From IMG/VR virus record IMGVR_UViG_3300022591_000002: a stretch of 64,000 nucleotides of DNA. One strand, written 5' to 3'. Shown here one piece after another: positions 9,397-17,859 of the stretch. The DNA comes from a virus (Duplodnaviria; Caudoviricetes). Within the stretch, counting starts at the first letter, position 1. Each line of letters opens with the position of its first letter. Below the pieces are notes generated by a model. It saw nothing but the letters and a program-made list of their open reading frames with translations, was not told the DNA's origin and made no database searches. Position numbers and translations under genes: made by a program.

Positions 9397-9924
9397 ATGA
9401 AACGTGAATATACTGACGGTATTTCAGAAGACGTCTTGTTCTTTATTGGAACAGAAATTGAACGCACACCTGCATTTAATATGAAAACATTATTTGTAGT
9501 TGGCGTCCAAAATGAGCAGACTATTGTTAACCTAGCCGCAGATAACGGATGCACACATATCTATTTTGGTGCCAATCAAAGTTTTCCAAAACTAGAAACT
9601 AATGATGCAAGCAACTGGCGTCTATGGGAAGATATGATTCAGTATTGCCTAGATGCAGGTTTTTGGTGTACACTAGACTTTGATGTTGCGCAAACTGAAG
9701 GTTTATTAGAAAGCGGTCTGGTTGAGTATAGAAAATTTATTCCGCAGATTTCGGTGAAATTGCCCTATTTACAACAGCTAGGATATAATGCTACAATTAA
9801 GATAGACGATATCGGCTTTGAAGCAACAAATCCAGGTGTCTGGTGTGTACCAATTGGCGCTGTTACACAACGTAAGTATTTTACCAATTGGGATGAATAC
9901 AGTAACGATGAGATTATTAAATGA
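9397..9924 (+). CDS. Hypothetical protein inside the deazaguanine operon
   Basis: 175-aa ORF between the TGT-like and T-fold genes, coupled to the latter by an ATGA overlap. Confidence 0.75.
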   Translation: MKREYTDGISEDVLFFIGTEIERTPAFNMKTLFVVGVQNEQTIVNLAADNGCTHIYFGANQSFPKLETNDASNWRLWEDMIQYCLDAGFWCTLDFDVAQTEGLLESGLVEYRKFIPQISVKLPYLQQLGYNATIKIDDIGFEATNPGVWCVPIGAVTQRKYFTNWDEYSNDEIIK

Positions 9925-10364
9925 GTATTGAAACTATTAAAGAAGCCGCACAACGGCAAATTTGGGTTACCTTTCAAAAGGAAGGCATTCACTGCTATCC
10001 TGCCGCGGCAACAGACCCAGCACTTGCTACAGGAGATGAATATGATGTATCGTTTTTGGGCACTCCTCATCGTCATATCTTTCACTTCCGGGTGTCAATC
10101 GATGTATTCCACAATGACAGGGACATCGAATTCATCCAATTCAAACGGTGGCTCGAGAGTCTCTATACCGGTAACAACACTAATAACGGTTCCGTTTTAG
10201 CACTTAACTACAAGTCTTGCGAAATGATTGCAGATGATTTGTACGACCAGATTGCGTCACGATACCCAAATCGTAACGTAGTAATTGATGTATCCGAGGA
10301 CGGCGAGAACGGATGCATCATTCATTATAACCTTACTCGCCCGTCACAATCCATTGTAATTTAA
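9921..10364 (+). CDS. dpdL: T-fold QueD-like protein with LxxxHRHxF motif (DpdL-like CDG decarboxylase candidate)
   Basis: EGIH, LGTPHRHIF, DIEF, SCEMIA and VSED align with QueD T-fold motifs, but HRH replaces HGH and there is no CxxxHGH. Confidence 0.6.
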   Translation: MSIETIKEAAQRQIWVTFQKEGIHCYPAAATDPALATGDEYDVSFLGTPHRHIFHFRVSIDVFHNDRDIEFIQFKRWLESLYTGNNTNNGSVLALNYKSCEMIADDLYDQIASRYPNRNVVIDVSEDGENGCIIHYNLTRPSQSIVI

Positions 10365-10376
10365 GGAACTTAAAAA

Positions 10377-10622
10377 ATGGCACAGCCAAAGTGGCTCGAC
10401 AAATATCTGACTATGAAGCCTGAAGTCAGCAAGATCTTTGATGATCTTGAGGCATGGCACGATCATTGCCGTTTTGAAATGATCAACTTCAACCCTGCAG
10501 ACTTATACAAGTCTAAGGCGTACCGCGACTGGCAGTACTACAAGTCGAAGGGCAAGCGTCCGTTTGTGCATCGCGATGACCGTGAGCGCAAGCCATATCA
10601 GGGTAAGAACCCTAGATACTAA
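10377..10622 (+). CDS. Hypothetical protein
   Basis: 81-aa ORF with an AAGGA RBS upstream. Confidence 0.7.
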   Translation: MAQPKWLDKYLTMKPEVSKIFDDLEAWHDHCRFEMINFNPADLYKSKAYRDWQYYKSKGKRPFVHRDDRERKPYQGKNPRY

Positions 10623-10623
10623 T

Positions 10624-11730
10624 ATGACAGTATTCCTAGTTGATCTAGAAGCTGTTGAGACAAGGTACACGGGTCAGTGGAAGACTCATGTACCTGCTCT
10701 CTTACGTAAAGAAGGACACAATGTTCAAGTTATATCCGGACCTACTGATATACCTAGTGCTACTACTCCTGGCGCTTTTCTTAACTTTGGCGGGACTAAC
10801 ATCTACAAAGCTAGTCAAGTGGAGCAGATGGGTCGCCTATTTTGCTCCGGAGCAGTACATCCTGGGGATCATTTTTTGTTTACTGATGCTTGGCATCCTG
10901 GTATCATAAACTTAAAGTACATGAGTGAGTTGTTAGATATTCCTGTAACAACACACGGCTTATGGCACGCTGGTAGTTATGATCCTCAAGATTTCCTAGG
11001 TCGACTAGTTGGCAATAAACCTTGGGTTCGTAGAGCAGAAGCAAGTTTTTATCACGCATTTGATCACAACTACTTTGCTACAGACTTTCATATTAAACTA
11101 TTCTTTGATGAATTGTTAATGGGTGGTTTGAAATCTGAGAATCCTTGGTATGATGACGATATTGCAGAAGTGCTAGGTGGATTAAATCCTAAGATTGTAC
11201 GCACTGGTTGGCCAATGGAGTATATGGATAATACTTTAACTACGTATAAGAACATGGACAAGCGTGATCTTATCTTGTTCCCACATCGTATTGCTCCAGA
11301 AAAACAAGTTGAAATTTTTCGCGATTTAAAAGAACACTTGCCACAATATGAATTTATTGTGTGTCAAGATCAACAGTTAACAAAGAATGAATATCATAAT
11401 TTGTTAGGCGAAGCAAAGTTAGTATTCAGTGCTAACTTACAAGAAACATTAGGCATTAGTTGTTACGAAGGTGCAGTAGTAGATGCAATACCTATGGTGC
11501 CAGATCGTTTAAGTTATACAGAAATGTATTTTGATACATTTAAGTATCCTAGTGAATGGACTGAAAGTTTTGCTTCTTATGAAGCTCATCGTCCAGAACT
11601 GTGTGGTAAGATTATTCAGTATATGAACAACTATACACATATGGTTCCGCAGATTCGTAAGCAAGCAGAATCATTGACAGAGAATTTTTTTAGTGCAACA
11701 GAGTTGTTAAAGAGGTTTAAAAATGAGTAA
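10624..11730 (+). CDS. GT-B fold glycosyltransferase (GT4-like; resembles GTDC1/QTMAN)
   Basis: ILFPHRIAPEK and QETLGISCYEG..DAIPMVPDRLSYTEM match the GT-B donor-binding region. Start moved to ATG 10624 to avoid overlapping the upstream gene. Confidence 0.8.
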   Translation: MTVFLVDLEAVETRYTGQWKTHVPALLRKEGHNVQVISGPTDIPSATTPGAFLNFGGTNIYKASQVEQMGRLFCSGAVHPGDHFLFTDAWHPGIINLKYMSELLDIPVTTHGLWHAGSYDPQDFLGRLVGNKPWVRRAEASFYHAFDHNYFATDFHIKLFFDELLMGGLKSENPWYDDDIAEVLGGLNPKIVRTGWPMEYMDNTLTTYKNMDKRDLILFPHRIAPEKQVEIFRDLKEHLPQYEFIVCQDQQLTKNEYHNLLGEAKLVFSANLQETLGISCYEGAVVDAIPMVPDRLSYTEMYFDTFKYPSEWTESFASYEAHRPELCGKIIQYMNNYTHMVPQIRKQAESLTENFFSATELLKRFKNE

Positions 11731-12520
11731 AGTAGGTATTATAGGTTTAGGATTTGTAGGTAACGCAATTAAGCAATCATTTTATGACGATACTAATCTA
11801 GTGCTAGTAGATAAAAATCCCGCACTCGGTCGCGATCCGTTTCAAGATTTAACAACCACTGATGGTGTGTTTATTTGTGTTCCAACTCCACAAGATGACG
11901 ATGGAACATGCCATACTGATATTTTAGAAGATATTCTTGCCAAGTTGAAATTAATCAACTACGAAGGAGTTATTATCAGTAAGTGTACTGCACCTCCCGA
12001 TACCTATACACGGCTTAATGAACAATTTCCAAACCTTGTACATGCTCCAGAATTTTTAACTGCGGCTAATGCTGTACGTGATTACACTAGTGGTAAGTTT
12101 GCTATTATCGGTGGTCGTGTTAAAGCCTATCGCGACTTAGCTGAAACAATTATTCGCAGATCACAATTAGATTTACAAGCAGTACACCATTGCACTATTG
12201 CAGAAGCAAGTTTAGCAAAATACGCTATCAATACCTTTATGGCAACCAAGGTTACATTTATGAATGAAATGTATGCTCTTGCCAAAGCTAGCAACTGTGA
12301 TTATAATAAGATTGCACATATGATTAAAAGTGATGTACGTATTGGAAATAGTCATTTACAAGTTCCTGGGCCAGATGGTGCATTTGGGTTCGGTGGAGCG
12401 TGTTTTCCAAAAGATACAAGCGCATTACTCAAATATGCAGAAAGCGTTGACGTACAAATGAATGTATTGGACGCCGCAGTTAAAAAGAATTTAGTACTAA
12501 GATTGACAGAACCTAAATAA
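11723..12520 (+). CDS. ugd: UDP-glucose/GDP-mannose dehydrogenase family protein (short form)
   Basis: Rossmann GIIGLGFVG, FICVPTP, APEFL, AKYAINTFMATKVTFMNE, catalytic GFGGACFPKD; 265 aa. Confidence 0.9.
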   Translation: MSKVGIIGLGFVGNAIKQSFYDDTNLVLVDKNPALGRDPFQDLTTTDGVFICVPTPQDDDGTCHTDILEDILAKLKLINYEGVIISKCTAPPDTYTRLNEQFPNLVHAPEFLTAANAVRDYTSGKFAIIGGRVKAYRDLAETIIRRSQLDLQAVHHCTIAEASLAKYAINTFMATKVTFMNEMYALAKASNCDYNKIAHMIKSDVRIGNSHLQVPGPDGAFGFGGACFPKDTSALLKYAESVDVQMNVLDAAVKKNLVLRLTEPK

Positions 12521-12531
12521 TATTGTAAAAT
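12503..12531 (+). promoter_or_regulatory. Sigma70-type promoter upstream of folE
   Basis: TTGACA (12503-12508), 17 nt, TAAAAT (12526-12531). Confidence 0.65.
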
Positions 12532-12571
12532 AACATATAAGTCATCCACGACTTAAACTCGGAGAAATTAA

Positions 12572-13342
12572 TTGACAACATTTACATCAGAAGATTTACG
12601 AAACGTACTAGCTGGCGCAGAACAGCAAGGCGATGACGATAAGAATTATAAAGAAGCATACTTAGGCGATCACCTTCGTTTTAAAATGAAACGTGAAGGC
12701 AAACGTTTTTGGGCAGGTGACAATATCAGCGAATATGTTACTGAAGAGTTTAAAGAAAAACTAATCGACGAAGCAACAGAAGCATTTGAAACAGTACTAG
12801 ATCGATTGCTTATTGATCGTGAAAACGATCCTAACAGCAAAGGCACAGCACGTCGGCTTGCCAAAATGTACTTTAACGAGATAATGGCAGGAAGATATGA
12901 ACCAGGACCAGATGCAACAGCATTTCCAAATGACTCGCAGGATCGTTACGAAGGTATGCTCGTTGTTCGTAGTGAGCTTCGCAGTATGTGTAGTCATCAT
13001 CACCAACCCGTATCTGGTGTTGCTTATATTGGCATTATTGCCGCTCAGAAACTTATCGGCTTATCAAAGTACACACGTATCGCACAATGGTGCGCCAGAC
13101 GTGGAACTCTCCAGGAGGAACTTTGTAATGACATTGCTAGGGAGATCTCAAAAGCAACTGACTCAGAAAACGTAGCAGTCTACGTTCAAGCAGTTCATGG
13201 ATGTTGCGAGAACCGCGGCATTATGGCACACTCTAGTCTAACTCAAACTACTGTATTAAAAGGTACATTTAAAGATGATCCTCATACAAAGAAAGAGTTC
13301 TTTGACAACATCAAACTACAACAAGAGTTTGCTCCAAGATGA
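12572..13342 (+). CDS. folE: GTP cyclohydrolase I
   Basis: TARRLAKMY, SMCSHHHQP, LIGLSK..RI, LQEE, HGCCENRG; TTG start after a GGAG RBS. Confidence 0.95.
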   Translation: MTTFTSEDLRNVLAGAEQQGDDDKNYKEAYLGDHLRFKMKREGKRFWAGDNISEYVTEEFKEKLIDEATEAFETVLDRLLIDRENDPNSKGTARRLAKMYFNEIMAGRYEPGPDATAFPNDSQDRYEGMLVVRSELRSMCSHHHQPVSGVAYIGIIAAQKLIGLSKYTRIAQWCARRGTLQEELCNDIAREISKATDSENVAVYVQAVHGCCENRGIMAHSSLTQTTVLKGTFKDDPHTKKEFFDNIKLQQEFAPR

Positions 13343-13566
13343 CCAGCGACTTAATTCTACTTTCGATTGTATTGGGCTTAGGTATTCTTATCGGTCGTAA
13401 TTGGCACGGCGATAAAGAACACGAGTATAAGAAACGGTTGCTAAAAGAAATCAATAATGACATCAAGAACGAATTAGAAGTAGCAACTAATCTAAACGAA
13501 AGTCTCAAAGAAGACATTGTAGAATTAAAACGTAAATTACGCAAGTTTGAACTGGAAAGGAAATAA
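13339..13566 (+). CDS. Small protein with N-terminal TM helix and coiled coil
   Basis: Hydrophobic LILLSIVLGLGILIG followed by a heptad-rich charged segment. Confidence 0.65.
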   Translation: MTSDLILLSIVLGLGILIGRNWHGDKEHEYKKRLLKEINNDIKNELEVATNLNESLKEDIVELKRKLRKFELERK

Positions 13567-13567
13567 C

Positions 13568-14473
13568 ATGGCAACGCTTGAAGAAAAAGAAAAGTTAATG
13601 GAAGTACTTAAATTTACTCCACGTACCTACAAAATTTCAATGTGGGGATATGGTGGTGAAAAAGTTATGGGTACTGTAGATCGTAAGATTTACGATTACT
13701 TTAAATATCGCAGACTTGATCTTAGCGACTACGCATGGGACAGCGACTATGCCGACGAGCATAACATTCCCGAAGATATGCAACCGTTCCCATCGGGTAG
13801 TTGGTACGAGTGCGATGGTATGGGACATGCAGGCGGTGTTAGCCGTAACGCAGGCACACTTCAAATTGAAGATGAAAATGGCGAAGTTATATACGAACGT
13901 AGTCTAGAAGATTTAGACGGCGGTGATGATAGTCCAGAGTTGACATGCTATGACGAAGTTTGGATTGATTCACAACCTGCAGGTACTGTAGTCTTTATTG
14001 GTAACAGTAACGAAAAAGGTACATTCTTTGAATCAGAATTAGAGCTTACTGCTCCGTTTGATATTACTAAACTAACTCTACAATACGATGAAATCGACGG
14101 TGAAGAGATTGTTAATACTGTAATGTACAACAGTGAAGACATTGATAACTGGGGTGGTAGCACAGATGGCAAGAGTTCAGACTTTGGCTTTTACATCGCT
14201 CACTCACAAAGCCAAACAGGCAAGTGGGAAAAGTATACCAATATGGATGACATTGAGTATGCTATGACTGACTGGTTTCCTAAAAAGATTAAACCTGTAC
14301 GCAACGGCATCTACATGGTTAAGACTGCTGGCAAGAACAGTTACACGTATCAGTGCAAGTGGACTGGAGAACGTTGGATCAGTGCGTGGCAAGAAGATAC
14401 TCCAGAAACTGACGAAGTTAAAATTAAAGAATGGCAGGGTCTTGCCAATAACCCAGATGAGGTAACACAATGA
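13568..14473 (+). CDS. Acidic hypothetical protein
   Basis: Long open frame; start set at ATG 13568 after GGAAAGGA. Confidence 0.7.
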   Translation: MATLEEKEKLMEVLKFTPRTYKISMWGYGGEKVMGTVDRKIYDYFKYRRLDLSDYAWDSDYADEHNIPEDMQPFPSGSWYECDGMGHAGGVSRNAGTLQIEDENGEVIYERSLEDLDGGDDSPELTCYDEVWIDSQPAGTVVFIGNSNEKGTFFESELELTAPFDITKLTLQYDEIDGEEIVNTVMYNSEDIDNWGGSTDGKSSDFGFYIAHSQSQTGKWEKYTNMDDIEYAMTDWFPKKIKPVRNGIYMVKTAGKNSYTYQCKWTGERWISAWQEDTPETDEVKIKEWQGLANNPDEVTQ

Positions 14474-14781
14474 ATTTCCTAAGCAAGTGGCTTTTTAAAA
14501 AGCTCAAAGAAGGTGCGGAGCAAGAACGCGAAGAAAATATGTATAGTAACTCTATCCCTAAAACAATGGCCATTAGCGGCCGCGATATTGAGAATAGACT
14601 CGATAGCGATCGCGGTATTCGTTTTAATGTATATAAAGCCACAGGCGGTACAATCATCGAAACTCAGTTTTACGATCGTCAAAGAGATCGCCATCATAAT
14701 GCGCTACATGTTATTACCGAAGATAAAGATATTGGTAAAGAACTTGGCAAGATCATTACAATGGAGTCATTAAAGACGTGA
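14470..14781 (+). CDS. Hypothetical protein
   Basis: 103-aa ORF, coupled overlaps at both ends. Confidence 0.65.
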   Translation: MNFLSKWLFKKLKEGAEQEREENMYSNSIPKTMAISGRDIENRLDSDRGIRFNVYKATGGTIIETQFYDRQRDRHHNALHVITEDKDIGKELGKIITMESLKT

Positions 14782-14975
14782 GTTATACCGGACCCGTATT
14801 TGATGGCCCTAGTTTAGACAAACAGACAAAATGGATTAAGAAGTATCAAGTTGATCCGTTAAAATTAGGACGTATGTGTGAACAGTTTCCGGGGTTGCAA
14901 AAATCCTGGAATGAGTTTAAACTAGTGTATGAACTTTGTAGGAGTGCAGATGAAACTAACCGAACGATTCCTTAA
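14778..14975 (+). CDS. Hypothetical protein
   Basis: 65-aa ORF with a GTG start overlapping the upstream stop (GTGA). Confidence 0.55.
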   Translation: MSYTGPVFDGPSLDKQTKWIKKYQVDPLKLGRMCEQFPGLQKSWNEFKLVYELCRSADETNRTIP

Positions 14976-15438
14976 CTGGTTAGATCGACACGGCCGTAAA
15001 CGTGTCATTATGGATCGCGAATGTAACGAACCTTATTTGGAACGTTACTATGTCTTTTTGAAAGATCGTAAATGGTTTCCATTTAACGTATTCATTCATA
15101 AATTTTTAAAATCAGACCCAGATGAGGTACATGATCATCCATGGCCTTACGCTACCTTAATTCTTAAAGGTGGTTACTACGAATGGATTCCAATGTTTGC
15201 ACCAGATGGAATTAAAGTTGGCGAAACACGCTACTGGCGTGGTCCCGGACATTTCCGTATTTGTAGTCCTAAGAGTTTTCACCGTATTGAATTGCACCCA
15301 GAGGTAACTGCTTGGACTATGTTCATGCCAGGCCCACAAGTGCGTGAATGGGGATTCTTAGTAGGCAAATTTGAGAATCAAAAGTGGGTACACAACGAAC
15401 AATATTTGGAGGCAAGACGTGAACAAGCTGGTAATTGA
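14950..15438 (+). CDS. Cupin-fold protein
   Basis: VHDHPW...LILKGGYYE and FHRIEL give a His-rich cupin metal site; GGAG RBS before ATG 14950. Confidence 0.7.
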   Translation: MKLTERFLNWLDRHGRKRVIMDRECNEPYLERYYVFLKDRKWFPFNVFIHKFLKSDPDEVHDHPWPYATLILKGGYYEWIPMFAPDGIKVGETRYWRGPGHFRICSPKSFHRIELHPEVTAWTMFMPGPQVREWGFLVGKFENQKWVHNEQYLEARREQAGN

Positions 15439-15955
15439 TGATGCAAAATTTAAAGGCCTAGTTGCCAAAATCTGTAGAGATATTTTACTCAGCGATTGGC
15501 GTCCTGATTATATTGTAGGTATTACTAGAGGCGGACTATTGCCAGCTGTAATGATTAGCCAATACTTAGATATACCTATGCATACACTCAACGTAAGCCT
15601 GCGTGATAATCAAACAGATTTAGGTCCGGAGAGTAATTTATGGATGGCTGAAGATGCCTACGGATATAATGCAGAAAACGTAGGCGAGGCGTTGTGCAAA
15701 AACATTTTAGTAGTTGATGACATCAACGATCAAGGCTCAACTATAAACTGGATCATGGAAGATTGGCGTAGTGGTTGCTTACCTAATGATGCACGTTGGG
15801 AACAAGTATGGAATTACAATGTTCGATTTGCAGTAATTATAGATAATTTATCTAGCAAGTGCAATGTAAAAATGGACTACGTTGGTATGGAAGTTAACAA
15901 AGCTGAAAAAGACGTATGGATCGAATTTCCTTATGAGGAATGGTGGGCTAAATGA
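15419..15955 (+). CDS. Type I phosphoribosyltransferase (xanthine/guanine PRT-like)
   Basis: IVGITRGGLLPA and PRPP loop ILVVDDINDQGST; GTG start 15419 after GGAGG. Confidence 0.85.
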   Translation: MNKLVIDDAKFKGLVAKICRDILLSDWRPDYIVGITRGGLLPAVMISQYLDIPMHTLNVSLRDNQTDLGPESNLWMAEDAYGYNAENVGEALCKNILVVDDINDQGSTINWIMEDWRSGCLPNDARWEQVWNYNVRFAVIIDNLSSKCNVKMDYVGMEVNKAEKDVWIEFPYEEWWAK

Positions 15956-16236
15956 ATTCGCAAGAAAAAGAAGTAATGGATATTCTGCAAGAAGAATGTG
16001 CAGAAGTTATTCAAGCAGTTAGTAAAATTAGTCGCTTTGGTTTAGACAATTACAAACCAGGCAAACCTAAAACTAACCGCGAACATCTAGAAGAAGAACT
16101 AGGTGATATGTTGGCTATGATTGATATTTTGCAAAGTATGGATATTGTTAGCTATGCTAATATCGAACGTGCCCAAGAAGCAAAAATTGAAAAACTTAAG
16201 AAATGGTCTAACATTTATGAAAACAATATTACCTAA
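15952..16236 (+). CDS. MazG-like NTP pyrophosphohydrolase
   Basis: EECAEVIQAVSK and EEELGDMLAMI all-alpha NTP-PPase motifs. Confidence 0.85.
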   Translation: MNSQEKEVMDILQEECAEVIQAVSKISRFGLDNYKPGKPKTNREHLEEELGDMLAMIDILQSMDIVSYANIERAQEAKIEKLKKWSNIYENNIT

Positions 16237-16402
16237 AGAAGGCAGTAGATGGTCCGGCACTGAGAGGGAAGTTTTTATTGTCCTGCATACCGTTGAAGTA
16301 GACGGTCACACTTGGGTCCATTACAGAAAAAATTCTACTGATACAGAATATAGCTGTTACGTGGAAAGTTTTTTACAAAGATTTAATCCTATATTAGAAT
16401 GA
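16217..16402 (+). CDS. Small hypothetical protein
   Basis: 61-aa frame (MKTILPKEGSRW..) filling the gap between the MazG-like and cupin genes. Confidence 0.55.
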   Translation: MKTILPKEGSRWSGTEREVFIVLHTVEVDGHTWVHYRKNSTDTEYSCYVESFLQRFNPILE

Positions 16403-16758
16403 CACAATTAAAAGGCTTAGTTCCAAAAGGCTGGGGTTCAGAATTTATCTGGGCCACTAATGACAAGTACTGCGGCAAGTTTATGAACTTCAACGCAGGT
16501 GCAAAATTTAGTATGCACTTCCATAAAGATAAAGAAGAAACTTGGTATATACAATCAGGTAAATTTATTATCCGCTGGATTGATACTAACAACGCAGAGG
16601 TTTACGAGAAAGAAGTTAGTGATGGTACCGTATGGCATAACCCCCCGTGCATGCCACATCAAATCGAATGTATCGAAGCAGGTACTGTTATTGAAGTTTC
16701 TACTCCAGATTCAGTAGAAGACAATTATCGTGTAGGCAAGGGCGATAGTCAAAAATGA
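16399..16758 (+). CDS. Cupin, sugar isomerase/epimerase-like
   Basis: KGWGSEFIW, SMHFHKDKEETWY, PHQI, IEVST; adjacent to the RfaE-like genes. Confidence 0.75.
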   Translation: MTQLKGLVPKGWGSEFIWATNDKYCGKFMNFNAGAKFSMHFHKDKEETWYIQSGKFIIRWIDTNNAEVYEKEVSDGTVWHNPPCMPHQIECIEAGTVIEVSTPDSVEDNYRVGKGDSQK

Positions 16759-17156
16759 CAAAGGTAATTGTTAATGGAACTTTTGATATACTACATCGCG
16801 GCCATTTGGAACTACTTGACTACGCTAAAAGTTGTGGCGGGTATTTGCTTGTGGCTATTGACACAGATCGCCGTGTAAAAGAATTAAAAGGCGACAGTCG
16901 TCCTATTATTAGTCAGTATGATCGTAAGTATCATTTAGAAATGCTTAAACCAGTCGATGAAGTTAGACTGTTTGATAGCAAAGAAGAACTTGTAGAAATT
17001 ATTAAGAATTATAATCCAGACATTATGGTCAAGGGCAGTGATTACAAAGGCCGTAGTGTAGTTGGAGCAACATACGTACCAGAGGTAATTTATTTTGAAC
17101 GACTCGGCGAATACTCAACAACCAAAACAATTGAACATATTACTGCTAGGGGATGA
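16755..17156 (+). CDS. Cytidylyltransferase-family nucleotidyltransferase (RfaE/HldE domain II-like)
   Basis: NGTFDILHRGH (HxGH), DRRVKELKGDSRP, KGSDY, YSTT. Confidence 0.9.
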   Translation: MTKVIVNGTFDILHRGHLELLDYAKSCGGYLLVAIDTDRRVKELKGDSRPIISQYDRKYHLEMLKPVDEVRLFDSKEELVEIIKNYNPDIMVKGSDYKGRSVVGATYVPEVIYFERLGEYSTTKTIEHITARG

Positions 17157-17859
17157 CGGTTTAGACGTCTATCAGTTTGGTAGCGTAGATCGTATTAGCC
17201 CAGAAGCACCTGTTCCCGTCTTTAAACATTCTTATGATATTCATCGGGCTGGCATGGCTCGTAACGTTTGCGAAAACTTAGAAGCATTGGGTTGTAAAGT
17301 AAGTTTCCTACGAGGCCAAACTAGCATCAAGACTAGACTAATTGATATTCGCAGTAAGCAACAAATTGTTAGGATTGACAACGATGTTGAATCAGATCCT
17401 ATTGTGTTTGAAACTAATATTCCCCCAGTGTATGATGCCATTGTTATTAGCGATTATAACAAAGGCACAATTACTTACGAACTAATTGAAGATCTAGTAA
17501 AAACTGTTAAATGCCCTATCTTTGTTGATACAAAGAAAACTGACCTAGCACGATTGGAAGGCTGTATTATTAAAATTAATAAACACGAATACAGTTTGTT
17601 AACTAGCAAGCCAAAAACAGGATTAGTTATTACACAGGGAGAAAATGGTGTTGTATGGGACGGTTGGGCATTTGGCGCAAAGACTGTAGAAGTAGCCGAT
17701 GTGTGTGGAGCAGGGGATACGTTTCTATCTGCACTTACATACCAATACCTAAATACAAACGACATGCACATGGCAATTAACTTTGCAATAGATGCAAGTG
17801 CAGTTACAGTACAACATTTAGGTTGTTACGCACCCAAACTGGAAGAGATAAATGGATAA
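17131..17859 (+). CDS. PfkB-family sugar kinase (RfaE/HldE domain I-like)
   Basis: RISPEAPVPV, GMARNV..NL.ALG, ISDYNKG, DVCGAGDTF; probable TTG start at 17131. Confidence 0.9.
   Translation: MNILLLGDDGLDVYQFGSVDRISPEAPVPVFKHSYDIHRAGMARNVCENLEALGCKVSFLRGQTSIKTRLIDIRSKQQIVRIDNDVESDPIVFETNIPPVYDAIVISDYNKGTITYELIEDLVKTVKCPIFVDTKKTDLARLEGCIIKINKHEYSLLTSKPKTGLVITQGENGVVWDGWAFGAKTVEVADVCGAGDTFLSALTYQYLNTNDMHMAINFAIDASAVTVQHLGCYAPKLEEING

Noticed and set aside
12520-12572. preQ1 riboswitch upstream of folE
   Set aside because: No match to the preQ1-I stem, pseudoknot and A-rich tail as I know it; only a simple hairpin is supported.
12572-12577. TTGACA at the folE start as a -35 box
   Set aside because: It is the TTG start codon plus ACA; no suitable -10 box lies 17 nt downstream.
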